Positions 62,789-64,000 of a DNA stretch of 64,000 nucleotides are shown in pieces. The DNA is from Microthyrium microscopicum (lineage: Eukaryota). Under the pieces are notes generated by a model, which ran no database searches, was not told the origin of the DNA, and saw only the letters and a list, made by a program, of their open reading frames with translations. The first letter of the stretch is position 1. Every line of letters begins with the position of its first letter. The stretch covers positions 1,809,345 through 1,873,344 of the forward strand of contig MU004237.1 of assembly GCA_010405405.1 (NCBI GenBank). The letters are read 5' to 3'. The translations under genes and the position numbers were made by a program.

Positions 62789-63301
62789 TCACTCTGGAGC
62801 CGCAATGGGACACTCGGAGATTGGTGTCATGGGCTTGCCCATAGGACGCGATTTCTTGGAACTGCGTCTTCGTTTCTTGAATGTTGGTTTTGCTGGCGCG
62901 AAGAGAGGCATAAGAGGTACTGCGGCTGGTGGTAGAATGTAGTCGCGTGGTGGTGCTGGTGCTTCATCGAGGAATGGCACGTCGCATTCGTCTGCGAGAT
63001 CTTCTGGGAAGAGGTCGAAATCGCTGATATATGAACTTGGCGCGTTGTTGTTGCTGCTATATGATGCTGCAGAGTCGCTCGCTTTGAGTGGTGGGCTCAA
63101 AGAATTTCTTGAAGGCCAGGATGGGAATGCGCAAGACATGCTGGTCTTGTATGAGCTGCTGCTGGTCCAGGTGGTGGAATTTGTGGAGTAAGTACTTGAT
63201 ACTGAGGATGCAGCAGAATTGTTTGAAGAGGGTGGTGAAGTGCTAGGCCATCCAACACATATGGGTGAGGATGACTTTGGTGAAGAACTGAAAGACTGCA
63301 T
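62789..63301 (-). CDS. Ser-rich conserved fungal hypothetical protein
   Basis: 170-aa ORF with SCAFPSWP and SSYISD.DLF motifs and a basic C-terminus ending PMTPI.E. Confidence 0.7.
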   Translation of the reverse strand: MQSFSSSPKSSSPICVGWPSTSPPSSNNSAASSVSSTYSTNSTTWTSSSSYKTSMSCAFPSWPSRNSLSPPLKASDSAASYSSNNNAPSSYISDFDLFPEDLADECDVPFLDEAPAPPRDYILPPAAVPLMPLFAPAKPTFKKRRRSSKKSRPMGKPMTPISECPIAAPE

Positions 63302-64000
63302 TTTGGGCAGTGGCGTTGACTGATAGTCAGGTTGGAAATCCGGGGATGGTAATCCGGAGATGTTTTGTTTATAATGTACTAAGCAGCAGCAAGGCTGTCA
63401 GTAGGAGAAAGCCGGACCGATATGATGGCGATGGATGACGTGAAGACTGGAGTCGGAGCTAGCCAACAGATCTCGGAGCAGTCCGCAGTTGGTTGGTGGG
63501 CAAGGCTGCAGCTGAGAGAGAGCCTTGGAATGGTTCCGCAGGGTGGGTGGCGCAGGCAGATTGACAGGATAAACAGGATTTACTGAAAGCGATGCTAGGC
63601 AGCTGTAACATTTGTCGGGCGGAGCAAGGCAAATATATGTTGGTGAGCTGACTTGAGAATCCGGGGTGGTTGGATTTGAAGAGTTGTTAATAGGGGCGAG
63701 ATCAGGAGGAAGACTTGGGGGTTATTTGAGGCAGAGACAAGGCTTGTTGTGGGAGCAAATGGACTCTTGATGTGACAGAGCTTTGGCGTTTGAATCAATA
63801 AATAATGTGAGAGTGGGATGTGACCAAGTCAAGTCCAAGGGAGTTTTCAGCGTGGGACTATTGTTGTCTCGCACATGGGGTTGGTTTTTTGGCACGGGTG
63901 AGTACTGTGGACACCTCGGAGTAGTTGAGTCTTGAAGATTGATAACAATCAGACAAGGTCAAGTAAGAACAAACGTGAGAAGGAGCAAAGCAAAACAGGA

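Noticed and set aside
61650..62805. Several overlapping ORFs on both strands
   Set aside because: Low-complexity C/A- or G/T-skewed sequence, probably the 3' UTR region of the 62789-63301 gene

Overview
Eukaryotic DNA from a filamentous ascomycete (Pezizomycotina, probably Dothideomycetes-like; inferred from ~50-nt GT-AG introns with CTAAC/CTGAC branch sites and from gene content). About 20 protein genes: laccase, C2H2+Zn2Cys6 transcription factor, cupin/SDR pair, Rpr2/Snm1-type RNase P/MRP subunit, DBR1, CE4 chitin deacetylase with CBM18 domains, MT-A70 methyltransferase, bHLH factor, MUB/UBL3, UMP1, VPS9-ankyrin-PX protein, FAD oxidase, DUF3431/GT90/acyltransferase-3 trio, WD40 protein and ankyrin-CorA-like protein. 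There is also a DUF4419 pseudogene and four unrelated MITEs. The best signal is missed by the ORF track: a minus-strand non-coding host gene at ~18.5-19.8 kb whose five introns each carry a box C/D snoRNA (U45-like, snR41, snR70, snR51, U55-like). It has a zero-length exon, a donor site that can be rebuilt by prior splicing, and a 49-nt spliceosomal intron nested inside the snR51 guide. That intron must be removed to join the 18S Am100 guide to its D box. rRNA target sequences and modification numbers are recalled from yeast/human, not taken from this genome. Other highlights are Kex2-type cationic peptide repeats in the deacetylase pro-region, a MITE with a 6-bp TSD, a MITE that supplies a start codon, and a DAPW variant of the MT-A70 catalytic motif.
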